From assembly GCA_963741095.1 (NCBI GenBank), contig CAVUGN010000001.1:1-64000 (forward strand): a stretch of 64,000 bases of DNA. Reading direction: 5' to 3'. The notes under the pieces were generated by a model. That model was not told where the DNA came from, ran no database searches, and saw only the letters and a list, made by a program, of their open reading frames with translations. The stretch comes from an uncultured Candidatus Micrarchaeota archaeon (GTDB taxonomy: Archaea; Micrarchaeota; Micrarchaeia; Micrarchaeales; Micrarchaeaceae). Shown here one piece after another: positions 48,685 through 58,860 of this stretch (position 1 is the first letter of the stretch; each line of letters opens with the position of its first letter). The position numbers were made by a program, and so were the translations under genes.

Positions 48685-50034
48685 ATGAAGGTATTTTTGG
48701 TAAGCGCTCCTTCGGACACTCAGAAGCTCCAGCATAGGCCCTATCCGCTGGGCATCGCTTATCTTGGCGCTATCCTAGAGAATGCGAAGCACGAGACAAA
48801 GCTGTTCGATTATTTCAACGCGGAGATGGACAAGGTTGAGGAGGAGTTCATCAGGATGGTCAAGGAAGAGAAGCCGAACGTCATCGGCTTCAGCATATTG
48901 TCGATGAACCGCACCGCTTCGTTTGACCTTATCAAGAGGATAAAGAGCTTCGCGCCGGAAACGAAAATAATCGCAGGTGGAGTGCATTGCAGCGTGCTCT
49001 ACGAACAGTTGCTGAAGAACTTTCCCATCGAGGCGATCTGCCTTGGCGAGGGGGAGAACGTGGTCACTCCGTTGGTCGAGAGCATATTCGACAAGAAGGC
49101 CTTGAAGGATGTCAAAGGCATAGCGTACATGGACGAGAACGGCAACATCGCGGTGACTCCCGCGCCGGAGATGACGAAACTTGATGACGTGCCCTTCCCG
49201 AAGCACGATGTTTTCCTGACCGACAAGTCGAAAACGCTCTACATGATAACGAGCAGGGGCTGCGCGGGAAGGTGCGTGTTCTGTTCAACGACAAGCTACT
49301 GGAAGATATGGAGGACAAGGTCACCGAAGAACGTAGTGGACGAGATAGAATCCGTGAAGAAGAGATTCCCGAACATAGACACAATCTTGTTCCTTGATGA
49401 CGCCTTCACTTTGGACAACAATCGTGCCATCAACATCTGCAAGGAGATCATAAACAGGGGCATCAAGGTCAAATGGACCTGCCAGGCGCGAGTGACGCCC
49501 ATCTCTATGGAGATGCTGGAATGGCTTAAGAAAGCGGGCTGCACCGAGATAGCTTACGGCGTGGAATCGGGCTCGGACAGGATGCTGCAGGAGATGAAGA
49601 AGTACATAACGAGCGCACAAATAATCACGGCATTCGACCTCACCAGGAAAGTCGGGATAATACCCGACCCATATCTTATGATAGGATTGCCTTCGGAGAG
49701 CAACGAGACGATAAATGAGACAATAGCGTTATTGAAGAGGATAAAATGTGTGGCCCGCAGCGTTGCGATACTGGAACTATATCCCAACACGGAGATCTAT
49801 CGCATCGCGAAGGCGCAGGGATTCATAACCGATGATTATTGGTTGACGGATAAGCCGATCCCGATTTACACTTACGAACACTCTCTTCCGGACTTACAAA
49901 GGATGGTGTTTAAGATAGTTTATGAATCCCAGAAGAACGCCGGTTGGATACCGCTCTTCGAGTTCGGGATCAAACAGGTGCTTGCCGAACCGAGGAGGGT
50001 CTTGAGCATCATAAATACAATGAGGAAAAAATAA
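48685..50034 (+). CDS. B12-binding-domain radical SAM protein
   Basis: PLGIAYL, GGVH, GEGE, SRGCAGRCVFC, DDAF, GVESG and MIGLP. Confidence 0.9.
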   Translation: MKVFLVSAPSDTQKLQHRPYPLGIAYLGAILENAKHETKLFDYFNAEMDKVEEEFIRMVKEEKPNVIGFSILSMNRTASFDLIKRIKSFAPETKIIAGGVHCSVLYEQLLKNFPIEAICLGEGENVVTPLVESIFDKKALKDVKGIAYMDENGNIAVTPAPEMTKLDDVPFPKHDVFLTDKSKTLYMITSRGCAGRCVFCSTTSYWKIWRTRSPKNVVDEIESVKKRFPNIDTILFLDDAFTLDNNRAINICKEIINRGIKVKWTCQARVTPISMEMLEWLKKAGCTEIAYGVESGSDRMLQEMKKYITSAQIITAFDLTRKVGIIPDPYLMIGLPSESNETINETIALLKRIKCVARSVAILELYPNTEIYRIAKAQGFITDDYWLTDKPIPIYTYEHSLPDLQRMVFKIVYESQKNAGWIPLFEFGIKQVLAEPRRVLSIINTMRKK

Positions 50035-50036
50035 CG

Positions 50037-51104
50037 ATGATGGATGTGGCTAACCAGGACAAAAAAAGCGTTAACAGAAGCACATATGCGCTATTCAGGA
50101 GATACAAAAACCTGTTCGGCGGAGTGATGCCGATGGTAAATTTCCTGAACGGCATGTCCAGGCCGAAAAGGAAGATCATGCCGCTCCCGACATCAGCCCA
50201 GATAGAGGTCACTACGCAGTGCAATTTCAAATGCATCACCTGCGGCAGGGTGAGCATGAAGAACCGCCTGAATCTCAATCTGACGCCCGAACGTTTCGAG
50301 CATGTCCTTGACCAGAATCCGAATGTCAAGCGACTCACGCTCGTGGGTTATGGCGAAACGCTCATGGCACAGAATCTGCAGGAGATCATAGACATCGCCA
50401 AGAAAAGGAGCATAGACCTGACGACATTCACGAACGGCTCCCTGCTGCACATAGACAAGTATGCGAATCTGGCGATTCAGTTCAACGTGCTCGTGGTCAG
50501 TTTCGATGCGGCTGAGAAGGAGACCTTCGAGAGGATACGTGTGGGCAGCAACTTCGAAAAAACAAAAGAGGGCATAAGCAAGATAAACCGGATGAGAAAG
50601 GAGCAGGGGCGCGACATGTCCTTGCGCATCAATTTCATCGCCTCGCACTTGAACTACAAAGAGATACCGAAACTTGCAGACATCTGCATGGAAACCGGAG
50701 TTGATGAGATAGGCATAGGCGAAGTTGCGAATTTTTACACGCCGGGAGAGCCGGAGTATGCGGAGATGGCTAGTTTTGTGCGCGAGGGCAGGAAGATGCA
50801 CAATGAGATTCTCGCAAGCATCGATCAATTAAGGGAGAGGCTGAAGAACACCGATAAAGTCCTGTCTTACAGCCCGTACAGGAAGGTAAAACCGATCTGC
50901 AGGGGCCCTTTTGACACTTTTTCGATGGCTGCGGACGGGCATATCACCCCATGCTGCATGAGATACAATCCGGAAATAATAAATTTCGGCAACATAAACA
51001 AAACAAGCTTCGCGGAGATATGGAACGGCGAGGGCTACCAGAAATTCAGGGAGAGCATGATAAAAGGCACTTCGAATCCGATTTGCGACTGCTGCCCTGA
51101 TTGA
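50037..51104 (+). CDS. Radical SAM protein with SPASM/twitch domain
   Basis: EVTTQCNFKCITC and GYGE; C-terminal CRGPF..DG.ITPCC..GNI..EIWNG..CDCC. Confidence 0.88.
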   Translation: MMDVANQDKKSVNRSTYALFRRYKNLFGGVMPMVNFLNGMSRPKRKIMPLPTSAQIEVTTQCNFKCITCGRVSMKNRLNLNLTPERFEHVLDQNPNVKRLTLVGYGETLMAQNLQEIIDIAKKRSIDLTTFTNGSLLHIDKYANLAIQFNVLVVSFDAAEKETFERIRVGSNFEKTKEGISKINRMRKEQGRDMSLRINFIASHLNYKEIPKLADICMETGVDEIGIGEVANFYTPGEPEYAEMASFVREGRKMHNEILASIDQLRERLKNTDKVLSYSPYRKVKPICRGPFDTFSMAADGHITPCCMRYNPEIINFGNINKTSFAEIWNGEGYQKFRESMIKGTSNPICDCCPD

Positions 51105-51160
51105 GAGGCCGGCACGAACGCATAAACTTTATATGTGTGCTGTGATTTACTAGGTATACG

Positions 51161-52195
51161 TTGGATTCCATGAAGGATGACAAACCGATCGATACGGACA
51201 AGACCAAGTCGATGATAATATCGAAGACGCCGCTCAGGATAACCTTCGTGGGCGGGGGCACAGACCTGCCTGCCTATTACAAGAGATACGGGCCTGGAGC
51301 GGTCACCAACTGCGCGATAGACAAGTACATCTACGTTATAATACACAAGAACTTCGACAACCTGATAAGAGTCAGCTATTCCAAGATAGAGAAGGTCAAC
51401 GATGTCAACAAGATAGAACACCCGACGGTCAGGGAGGCGCTCAAGCTACTAGGGATAACTGGCGGAGTGGACATAACGAGCATGGCTGACGTGCCTGCGG
51501 TTGTCGGCGGATTGGGGCTCGGCTCGAGCTACAGCTTCCTTGTCGGAGTGCTTAATGCATTGCACGCGTGGAAGGGCGAGCTTGCGTCGCCGAAGCAGCT
51601 TGCAGAAGAAGCTACGAAGATAGAGCTGGAGATGCTTAAGGGATCGTCGGGCAAGCAGGACCAGTACATAGCGGCTTTTGGAGGCATGCGTTTCTTCGAA
51701 TTCGGCAAGGACGGCGAGACAGTGGTCAAGTCTTTGGTGATGGACCAGGAGACGAAAGAGAAGTTCAGGGACCATCTGCTGCTCATGCACACCGGGAGGG
51801 AACACCACACCGAGCAGATACTGAAGAAGCAGAGCGATGTCGTCAAGGACCATGTAGAGGCTTACAACAAAATGAGGGATTACGCTTACGAGATGTACGA
51901 CATGATCGCCGAGGGCAAGTGGCATGACGTCGGCAAGATGATGCATGAGAACTGGCTGCTCAAGAAGTCGCTCAGCACGGACATAAGCGACCCCATAATA
52001 GACGGGCAGTACGAGAGGGCGCAGAAGGCGGGGGCGATTGGCGGTAAGCTGATAGGCGCGGGCGGAGGAGGCTTCCTGATGTTCTTCGCGGATCCGGAGA
52101 ACCACAAAAAGATCATAGATGCGCTGCCTGAACTCAAGCCGGTGCCATTCGACTTCGAGCCCTCAGGAAGCAGGATAATAAGCCTCGAGGACTGA
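51161..52195 (+). CDS. hddA: HddA-like heptose-7-phosphate GHMP kinase (stand-alone copy)
   Basis: SKTPLRITFVGGGTD, GLGSS, GKQDQY and GGKLIGAGGGG. Confidence 0.85.
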   Translation: MDSMKDDKPIDTDKTKSMIISKTPLRITFVGGGTDLPAYYKRYGPGAVTNCAIDKYIYVIIHKNFDNLIRVSYSKIEKVNDVNKIEHPTVREALKLLGITGGVDITSMADVPAVVGGLGLGSSYSFLVGVLNALHAWKGELASPKQLAEEATKIELEMLKGSSGKQDQYIAAFGGMRFFEFGKDGETVVKSLVMDQETKEKFRDHLLLMHTGREHHTEQILKKQSDVVKDHVEAYNKMRDYAYEMYDMIAEGKWHDVGKMMHENWLLKKSLSTDISDPIIDGQYERAQKAGAIGGKLIGAGGGGFLMFFADPENHKKIIDALPELKPVPFDFEPSGSRIISLED

Positions 52196-52222
52196 AACTT
52201 CTTCTTTGATTATCCGATCCCG

Positions 52223-52978
52223 TTAGCGCTTCTTGGCGTAGAAGTTCGCGTTGTCGAAGGGCTTTACCTCGAATCCCATTGCCGCTATCAGCTTTCTCGC
52301 TTTTCCGGTCGTGTCTTCGAATACGATCAGCTTTGCTGCCTTGAACACGTCCATGCCCCCTTTTATCACCATGTTCTCATACCCTTCCACATCCATCTTT
52401 ATGTAATCCGGCTTGCGCTTGCCCTTGAAATATTCGTTAAGCGAAACTGCTTTTATCTCTTGTATGTTTTTCCCGGTCTTTTGGTCCGTGACATGGTGCG
52501 CGCCTTTGTTGTACGGCTGCAGCTCAAGCTGGAGATTTGCTTTCTTGTCGGATAATGCCATCCGCTCTGCAACTATCTTGTCCTCAAAGCCGTTCAGTTT
52601 TATGTTTCTCGAGAGCAACTTATAGTTGGCTGCTTCTGGTTCGAAGGAATAGACTTTCTTGCACTTCTCCGCAAACAGTAGGGAGAAGTATCCGATGTTT
52701 GCTCCGATATCGAGCGCTATTGCATCGTCGCCCTTCTTTGCGTTCTCGTTAAAGAATTTTGTCTGCTGCGGCTCATATGTCCTGTTTGCGAGCAGATCCA
52801 ATGTGTCATAGCTGTCGGTGAACATGTAGAAGGAGTCGTTTATCTTTATTGGCTTGCTCAGGTCGTTCAATAGAGGGATGGTGCGCTTCCTTATCTCTCC
52901 GAACCACCGAAACCTGTTCAGCCCCAGCTTGCTTATCTGCTTGTGCATTATCTCGTAAAAGGACATTTCGATTCTCAC
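52223..52978 (-). CDS. FkbM-family methyltransferase
   Basis: YEP, LDIGANIGYF, SFEP and KMDVEGYE. Confidence 0.88.
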   Translation of the reverse strand: MRIEMSFYEIMHKQISKLGLNRFRWFGEIRKRTIPLLNDLSKPIKINDSFYMFTDSYDTLDLLANRTYEPQQTKFFNENAKKGDDAIALDIGANIGYFSLLFAEKCKKVYSFEPEAANYKLLSRNIKLNGFEDKIVAERMALSDKKANLQLELQPYNKGAHHVTDQKTGKNIQEIKAVSLNEYFKGKRKPDYIKMDVEGYENMVIKGGMDVFKAAKLIVFEDTTGKARKLIAAMGFEVKPFDNANFYAKKR

Positions 52979-53700
52979 CGTTGATTTGCGTTGTTGCGTT
53001 TTTGCGCGTACATTATGCCCGTCTGCAGTTTAGGATACGGATCGTGAATCTTGAATCCTTTTGATGTGAGCACCTTGCTGACCTTCTTCTTGCAGTTATG
53101 GCATTCAATCATGATTGCGTAGACGTTTTTCATATCGGTGTTATCGAACAGGTCGCGTTCAACACCTTCTGCATCGCACTTTATTGCGACGTTCTTGAGT
53201 CCGGCAAGAACTTTTGGTAGAGTGGTTATGGTAACGCGCTTGCCACCCCTACTGGGTACGTTATCCATCTGTGCGCTTATCCCACCCATGAAGGATTTGC
53301 TTAGCATCATTGTTCCCGAAGTTGATGAAAGTCCGATGTTGTACAACTCTATCTTGCCCTCAAAGGGGGACATTTTTATGTTCTCTCTTGCTTTTTCGAA
53401 GGAGTTTGGGACGAGTTCGTAGGCGATTATTTTTTTGACGTGAGGATTCTGCGCAAAGTACACCGCGGTTTCGCCAAAGTAGGCGCCTATGTCTATCAGC
53501 GTCGTGTTCGGCCTAATTTTTTCGTACAGCTCGAGATAGGGCTGCTGGATGAATATCTCTTTGAAGATGAGGCCCTCTCGTATCATCATCCGGTATTTGT
53601 TTGCCAGATTGGGCGCGCTTCTGAGGACTTTCACCCCATTGTCCAGTTTTTCCTTGATTGATTGCATGATCATCTCGCTATGCCTTTTGAATTGGTCCAA
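52975..53700 (-). CDS. FkbM-family methyltransferase
   Basis: EIF..Y, IDIGAYFGET, AYE, KCDAEGVE and IECH. Confidence 0.85.
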   Translation of the reverse strand: MDQFKRHSEMIMQSIKEKLDNGVKVLRSAPNLANKYRMMIREGLIFKEIFIQQPYLELYEKIRPNTTLIDIGAYFGETAVYFAQNPHVKKIIAYELVPNSFEKARENIKMSPFEGKIELYNIGLSSTSGTMMLSKSFMGGISAQMDNVPSRGGKRVTITTLPKVLAGLKNVAIKCDAEGVERDLFDNTDMKNVYAIMIECHNCKKKVSKVLTSKGFKIHDPYPKLQTGIMYAQKRNNANQR

Positions 53701-54597
53701 TCACAGCTTCACGCCGTATTGTTCTGCCAATTTTCTTACGCCCTCTTCGAGAGGTATGAATTTGTAGTCGCCTATCACGCTCTTCAGCCTTGTGGTGTCC
53801 GCTTTTGTCAGGAGCTGATATGGCGAGACGGGGTTCTTGACGTAAACCTTTTCCTGCTTGAACATGTCCGCTATCTTGTTGTATGGAGTCGCAACGCCGG
53901 TGCCGATGTTGTACACCCGATGCGTGCCCTTTTCGAGGAGCATCAGCGCGATGGCCGCGACATCGTTGACGTTTATCGTGTCCCTTGCCTGCGTACCGTC
54001 CCCATATATCGTGATTTTTTCGCCTTTCTGCTTGTACCGCAGGAAAATCATTGGTATGCTTGCGTAATTGCCTTTCTCATTCTCTCCGGGGCCGTAAACA
54101 TTGAAGAACCTCATGCCCACAGTCGGAAGTCCATAGAGATCCTGATATGAGCTCGCCTGCATCTCATTGATGATCTTCGATTTCGCGTAGTGGTTGCCCC
54201 TGTTTATCGCATCTATGGCCTTATCCTCGGAAAAATGATCAGTGTAGACTGCGGAGCTCGATGCGTAGACGAACTTCTTGATGCCGTTAAGACGCGCGGC
54301 CTCTATGACATTCATGAAGCCGTTCACATTGACGTCATAAGAGCCCTTGAGGTCAGCGTCGAACTGCAGGTTCGCAGTGACCGCCGCAAGATGAATCACG
54401 TAATCGACGCCTTTCATCGCCTTTTCCACCGTGGCCTTGTCTCTTATGTCTCCCTTGATGAAGGTGACGCCGTTAACGGCGTTCTCCTGTTTGTCCAGAG
54501 TGACAATATCATACCCAAGGCTCAGCGCCTTCGCGGCGATGCTTCGTCCTATGAAGCCGGCACCGCCGGTCACGAGCAGCCTTTTTTGTTTCGGCAT
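53701..54597 (-). CDS. NAD-dependent sugar epimerase/dehydratase (NDP-heptose 6-epimerase-like)
   Basis: VTGGAGFIG, HLAA, ASSSAVY, YAKSK and RFFNVYGPGENEKG.YAS. Confidence 0.85.
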   Translation of the reverse strand: MPKQKRLLVTGGAGFIGRSIAAKALSLGYDIVTLDKQENAVNGVTFIKGDIRDKATVEKAMKGVDYVIHLAAVTANLQFDADLKGSYDVNVNGFMNVIEAARLNGIKKFVYASSSAVYTDHFSEDKAIDAINRGNHYAKSKIINEMQASSYQDLYGLPTVGMRFFNVYGPGENEKGNYASIPMIFLRYKQKGEKITIYGDGTQARDTINVNDVAAIALMLLEKGTHRVYNIGTGVATPYNKIADMFKQEKVYVKNPVSPYQLLTKADTTRLKSVIGDYKFIPLEEGVRKLAEQYGVKL

Positions 54598-54620
54598 CCC
54601 ATCACAATTTCAGATATCAA

Positions 54621-55442
54621 TCAAACCTGTTTTATCTTCTTAGCATAATAGTTCCCTTCCAAGGATAAATATGAAGAGTACTTCTCCCTGTCTTTCTGGC
54701 TCATGTTGCCGCCGTCTATCTTGGTTATCTCGAAACCGAAGCTCTTCAACAGGTCCATGGCTTCCGTGCCTTTTTTGTTCCGTGCGACCAGGAGCGTGAC
54801 GTTGTTCTCAAACATTATGAACTGTGCGTGCTCGAATACTTCTTTGCCGCCGAGTATTGCATCCTCTTCCCAGCCCTCCACATCCATCTTTATTATGTCC
54901 GGTTTTTCTTTGTCCTTGAAATATTCGTCGAGGCTTACGCAGTCTACATCCTCGGAATCGCCGCCTGCAATATTGACAAAACTGTTGCCCCCGCTGCCAA
55001 GCGGTTCATGGTACAGTTTCATCTTGCTGCTCTTGCTTCCTACCGCCTTGTTCTCTAATGCCACCTTGTCCTGCAGCTTGTTCAGCTTGACGTTCTTCTG
55101 CAGCATTCCGAAAGCGGAATTCGAAGGCTCGAAGGCATAGACTTTCTTGCACTTCTGGGCCATCAGCAGGGTAAAGTAGCCTATGTTCGCGCCAAGATCC
55201 AGCGCGGTCCAGTCCGCTTTGATTGCCGAATTTATGGCAGCTGTCCCATCTGGCTCGTAGGTCTTGTCGATCATCAGGGTATTGCCATACTGGCTATCGA
55301 GGTACATGTAAAATGAATTGTTGACCAATATGGGATTCCGTAATGTAAAGTTGAGATAGGCGTGCATTACTTTCAGCACCAACGGATTCTTGCCAAGGCC
55401 ATGGCCAGAAAACGTTTTATAAATGCTCGAGTATGCGCTCAT
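54621..55442 (-). CDS. FkbM-family methyltransferase
   Basis: YEP, LDLGANIGYF, AFEP and KMDVEGWE. Confidence 0.88.
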   Translation of the reverse strand: MSAYSSIYKTFSGHGLGKNPLVLKVMHAYLNFTLRNPILVNNSFYMYLDSQYGNTLMIDKTYEPDGTAAINSAIKADWTALDLGANIGYFTLLMAQKCKKVYAFEPSNSAFGMLQKNVKLNKLQDKVALENKAVGSKSSKMKLYHEPLGSGGNSFVNIAGGDSEDVDCVSLDEYFKDKEKPDIIKMDVEGWEEDAILGGKEVFEHAQFIMFENNVTLLVARNKKGTEAMDLLKSFGFEITKIDGGNMSQKDREKYSSYLSLEGNYYAKKIKQV

Positions 55443-56149
55443 TTGGGCACCATAGGGTGGTCAGAAGCCTTCTTGAAGGCGTAAATCATTCCGGTCTTTT
55501 CGCGCTGGTAGATCGTCTTTACTTCATAACCCTTGTCGGTCAGCAGCTTTATCAGCGGGTCTCCCTTCAGAACGTGGTACTCGATTGCAAGCCTTGCCAC
55601 GCCCGTCAGATCGAGGTCGTTGTTGAAGACCTTGAACTCCAGCCCTTCGATATCGCACTTTATCGCTATCGGCTTGCCGGGGTGCTTGGCCTTTATCCTG
55701 TCGAGCTCCATCTTCAGCGTCGTGTATTCCACTCTGCGCCCGTGGTAGTTCCCGACCGAGTAGTAGACGCCGGACTGCTTCGCATTCTCCGCGAGGTCCG
55801 CCTCGGATGTCGCTATTGCGAGCCTCAGGGGCTCTACCTTGTCGGAGACCCCCGCCAGCGCCGCGTTCTTGATTATCTCGTTGTAGTTGTTCTCGTACGG
55901 GTCGTAGGAATAGACGAAATCGACGTTCTTCTGGCGCGCGAAGTACACCGCGGTGTCCCCGATGTACGCCTCGATGTCCATAACTATCGTGTGCGGGTCC
56001 AGATCCTCGACGAAGAACCTGTACGCATCGGCGATGAATATCTCAGTGAGTGCTTCCGCCTTAGTCTTGTAGTAGAAGTAGTTGTTCCTGAATTTGGGCA
56101 TGAGTGACCTGAAGAAAAAGTCCAACACTTCGTGTTCTTCAGCCATCAT
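55439..56149 (-). CDS. FkbM-like methyltransferase (divergent SAM motif)
   Basis: EIF..Y, MDIEAYIGDT (G replaced by E in motif I), KCDIEGLE and IEYH. Confidence 0.75.
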   Translation of the reverse strand: MMAEEHEVLDFFFRSLMPKFRNNYFYYKTKAEALTEIFIADAYRFFVEDLDPHTIVMDIEAYIGDTAVYFARQKNVDFVYSYDPYENNYNEIIKNAALAGVSDKVEPLRLAIATSEADLAENAKQSGVYYSVGNYHGRRVEYTTLKMELDRIKAKHPGKPIAIKCDIEGLEFKVFNNDLDLTGVARLAIEYHVLKGDPLIKLLTDKGYEVKTIYQREKTGMIYAFKKASDHPMVPK

Positions 56150-57147
56150 ATCATCTTTCTGTAAGCTTCGATTGTAAGTTTCGCGGTCCTTTCCCAGGTG
56201 TACTGCCTTGCATCCTCGAGAGCCTTCTTCCTTGTCTTCTCGTTGTAGCCGTTCTCCTTAAGCCTTTCTATTATGGCGGCCATGTCGTCCTCGTCCTCCG
56301 CCTCGAAGCAGTACTTCTTGACATCGCTGTCGTAATGCCCGCGTTTGTATATTATCACTGGAAGGCCCCTTGCCTTGCCCTCTATGATGGGTATGCCGAA
56401 TCCTTCGAAGAGGCTCGGGAACGCGAGCACGTCGAACGAATCGTAGACGTTGACCAGTTCCCTCTCGGGGGCGAATCCCTTGAGCTTTATCCGCTTGTCT
56501 CCGTTTATCCTCTGCTCGACGACGTTCAACGGGTAGTTGGAGCCGCCCCAGAACTCGAATTCGAAATCGTCGCCCTTGACCTTCCTGAAGGAGTCTATCG
56601 AGAAGAAGGTGTTCTTGTGAGCGGACATCGTCGCCACAGTGCCCACCTTGAACTTCTTCCCTTTTTTATGCGCGCTGAGCGGCTTCCTCAGGAACTCCTT
56701 CTCGATCCCGAACGGGGTCGCGAAGACGCGGTCCTTCGGCATACCGGCTGCCACGACCCCTGATGCGGTCAGCTTCGAGTTCGCGATGACGTAATCCGAT
56801 TTTATCATCGCCTTCGTGCCGTACTTCTCCTTTATTATCTGCCAGAGCCTGTCCCTGACGGTGTAGCGGTTTACGGTGTTAAGCTCTGGGTAGAGCACCG
56901 GCTGCATCTCGTGCGCGGTGGTGACAAACACCTGTTTGCTGTTGAGCCTGCAGAAGGTAGGGAAATCTGACATGTTATGCACGATGTCGTAGCCGGAAAG
57001 GTCCATCATAAGGGTCTGCAGCTCGAAGAAGGGTATCCTGCCGAAAACGACGCCCTTTGCGTCTATGCCGTTCGCCCTATCTATGCGTTCAAATAGAGGG
57101 GTGGGGCATCTCAGCAGCCCAGTAGAGCCGATCAGCGCGATCTTCAT
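56146..57147 (-). CDS. GT4 glycosyltransferase
   Basis: TTAHE, FPSLFEGFGIPIIE and YTWERTA. Confidence 0.88.
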   Translation of the reverse strand: MKIALIGSTGLLRCPTPLFERIDRANGIDAKGVVFGRIPFFELQTLMMDLSGYDIVHNMSDFPTFCRLNSKQVFVTTAHEMQPVLYPELNTVNRYTVRDRLWQIIKEKYGTKAMIKSDYVIANSKLTASGVVAAGMPKDRVFATPFGIEKEFLRKPLSAHKKGKKFKVGTVATMSAHKNTFFSIDSFRKVKGDDFEFEFWGGSNYPLNVVEQRINGDKRIKLKGFAPERELVNVYDSFDVLAFPSLFEGFGIPIIEGKARGLPVIIYKRGHYDSDVKKYCFEAEDEDDMAAIIERLKENGYNEKTRKKALEDARQYTWERTAKLTIEAYRKMI

Positions 57148-57365
57148 TGTATCATTCCGGCGCGCAAGCGCCATCCGATCAGGATGTGAAATGCCTTTGC
57201 GCAGCCTCAAAGCCGAGACTGTGCGTGCACATTCACCCCGACAATTTAGTATAGGGGCTTAACATACTTTATATCTTATGCTGGGGCGGGCTTAGTATTA
57301 TTAATTTGCTATGTTCTAACCATAATAGTCGTGTTAAGTGCGTCATTGTTTTAGGTAACGATCCA

Positions 57366-58853
57366 ATGAGGATACTCTGCATCAATCCTTCAATACTCTC
57401 CCCGACCGGGTGGGGCGTGCCGTACTGCCATATGCCGCTAGGGCTGGCGTACGTAGCCGCGGTGCTGCAGAAAAACAACGAGGTGCTGTTCCTTGATGCA
57501 AATGCTGAAGGAACCCTAAGCAAAACGGGTGATTTCTATTATGCCGGGCTGCAGAAGGACGAGATAGTCAAGCGCGCGGTCGACCTGCATCCGGATGCAA
57601 TCTGCATGACCATAGTGTTCACCTTCAATTCGACAAACGCGTTAGGGATATTGAAAGCAATAAAGGAGAAACTTCCTTCGGTACCCATCATTGTCGGAGG
57701 CATGCACGTCACTGTGACGCCGAAGGAGACGCTCGAGGGCGGCGGTGTCGACATAGTCGTGATGGGTGAGGGCGAACGAACGGTTGCGGAGCTATTTGAA
57801 AAACTCTCGAAGAACGAGGATCTGAAGGATATCAAGGGCATAGCTTACAAAGAAAACGGCGAGATAAAAATAACCCCTGAGCGAGAACTCATAAGAGATC
57901 TTGATTCGCTTCCGTTCCCTGCCATAGAGCTGCTGCCGCTGGACAAATATTTTGAGACTCAGGCTGCCGGCAACAGCCAGAGGAAGAGATACACTTACAA
58001 CGACAGGTGGACCTCAATCATAACGAGCAGGGGCTGTCCGATGAACTGCGTCTTCTGCTCCATACACTTGACAATGGGCAGGCTCTTCAGGCCCAGGAGC
58101 CCGGAGAACGTGCTCTTGGAGATGGAAAGGGATTACTACAAGTTCGGCATAAGGCACTTCAACATAGAGGACGACAACATGAGCTGGAACATAGAGAGGT
58201 TCCAGAAGATCTGCGACATGATAGTCGCAAAGGGGTTGAAGATAACATGGTCGGCATCGAACGGCCTGAGGGCCGACAGGGTCGATGACGCAACAATCAA
58301 GAAGATGAAGGCATCAGGATGCAAGAGGGTCTTCGTTGCCCCCGAATCTGGCTCACAGAGAGTGGTCAACGAAGTGATAGACAAGAGGATGAAGCTCGAG
58401 GATGTCGAGAAGGCGGTGGAGCTCTTCTCCAAGAACGGCATAATCGTCGATGCGGCTTTCATAATAGGCCTGCCCGGCGAGACAAAGGCGGAGATGGAGC
58501 AGACGATAAAATTCGCAAAGAGGCTGAGGAAGAAAGGAGCCGCTCACACTGGAATCGCGATAGCGGCTCCGCTTTACGGCACAAGGCTCTACAAACTGGC
58601 GGTCGAGAACGGCTACTTCGACCCTAAGACCGATCCGGCAAGGATCACACCGCTTGAGGCGAACATACAGACGCCGGAATGGACAAGGGAGTACGTGGCA
58701 TCCTTCTGGAACATGGCGAACTGGTCGGTCAACCTCACATCGACAGAGAAAGTCACTCATGTGCTGAAGAAATGGAAGAGGACGCCGAAGTTCCTGACGG
58801 ATTACGTCAGATTCTATTTGTTCGACAAAGACCAGGACAAACCCAAAAATTGA
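57366..58853 (+). CDS. B12-binding-domain radical SAM protein
   Basis: PLGLAYVAA, GGMH, GEGE, SRGCPMNCVFC, EDDN, PESG and IIGLPGE. Confidence 0.9.
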   Translation: MRILCINPSILSPTGWGVPYCHMPLGLAYVAAVLQKNNEVLFLDANAEGTLSKTGDFYYAGLQKDEIVKRAVDLHPDAICMTIVFTFNSTNALGILKAIKEKLPSVPIIVGGMHVTVTPKETLEGGGVDIVVMGEGERTVAELFEKLSKNEDLKDIKGIAYKENGEIKITPERELIRDLDSLPFPAIELLPLDKYFETQAAGNSQRKRYTYNDRWTSIITSRGCPMNCVFCSIHLTMGRLFRPRSPENVLLEMERDYYKFGIRHFNIEDDNMSWNIERFQKICDMIVAKGLKITWSASNGLRADRVDDATIKKMKASGCKRVFVAPESGSQRVVNEVIDKRMKLEDVEKAVELFSKNGIIVDAAFIIGLPGETKAEMEQTIKFAKRLRKKGAAHTGIAIAAPLYGTRLYKLAVENGYFDPKTDPARITPLEANIQTPEWTREYVASFWNMANWSVNLTSTEKVTHVLKKWKRTPKFLTDYVRFYLFDKDQDKPKN

Positions 58854-58860
58854 GCTTCTT

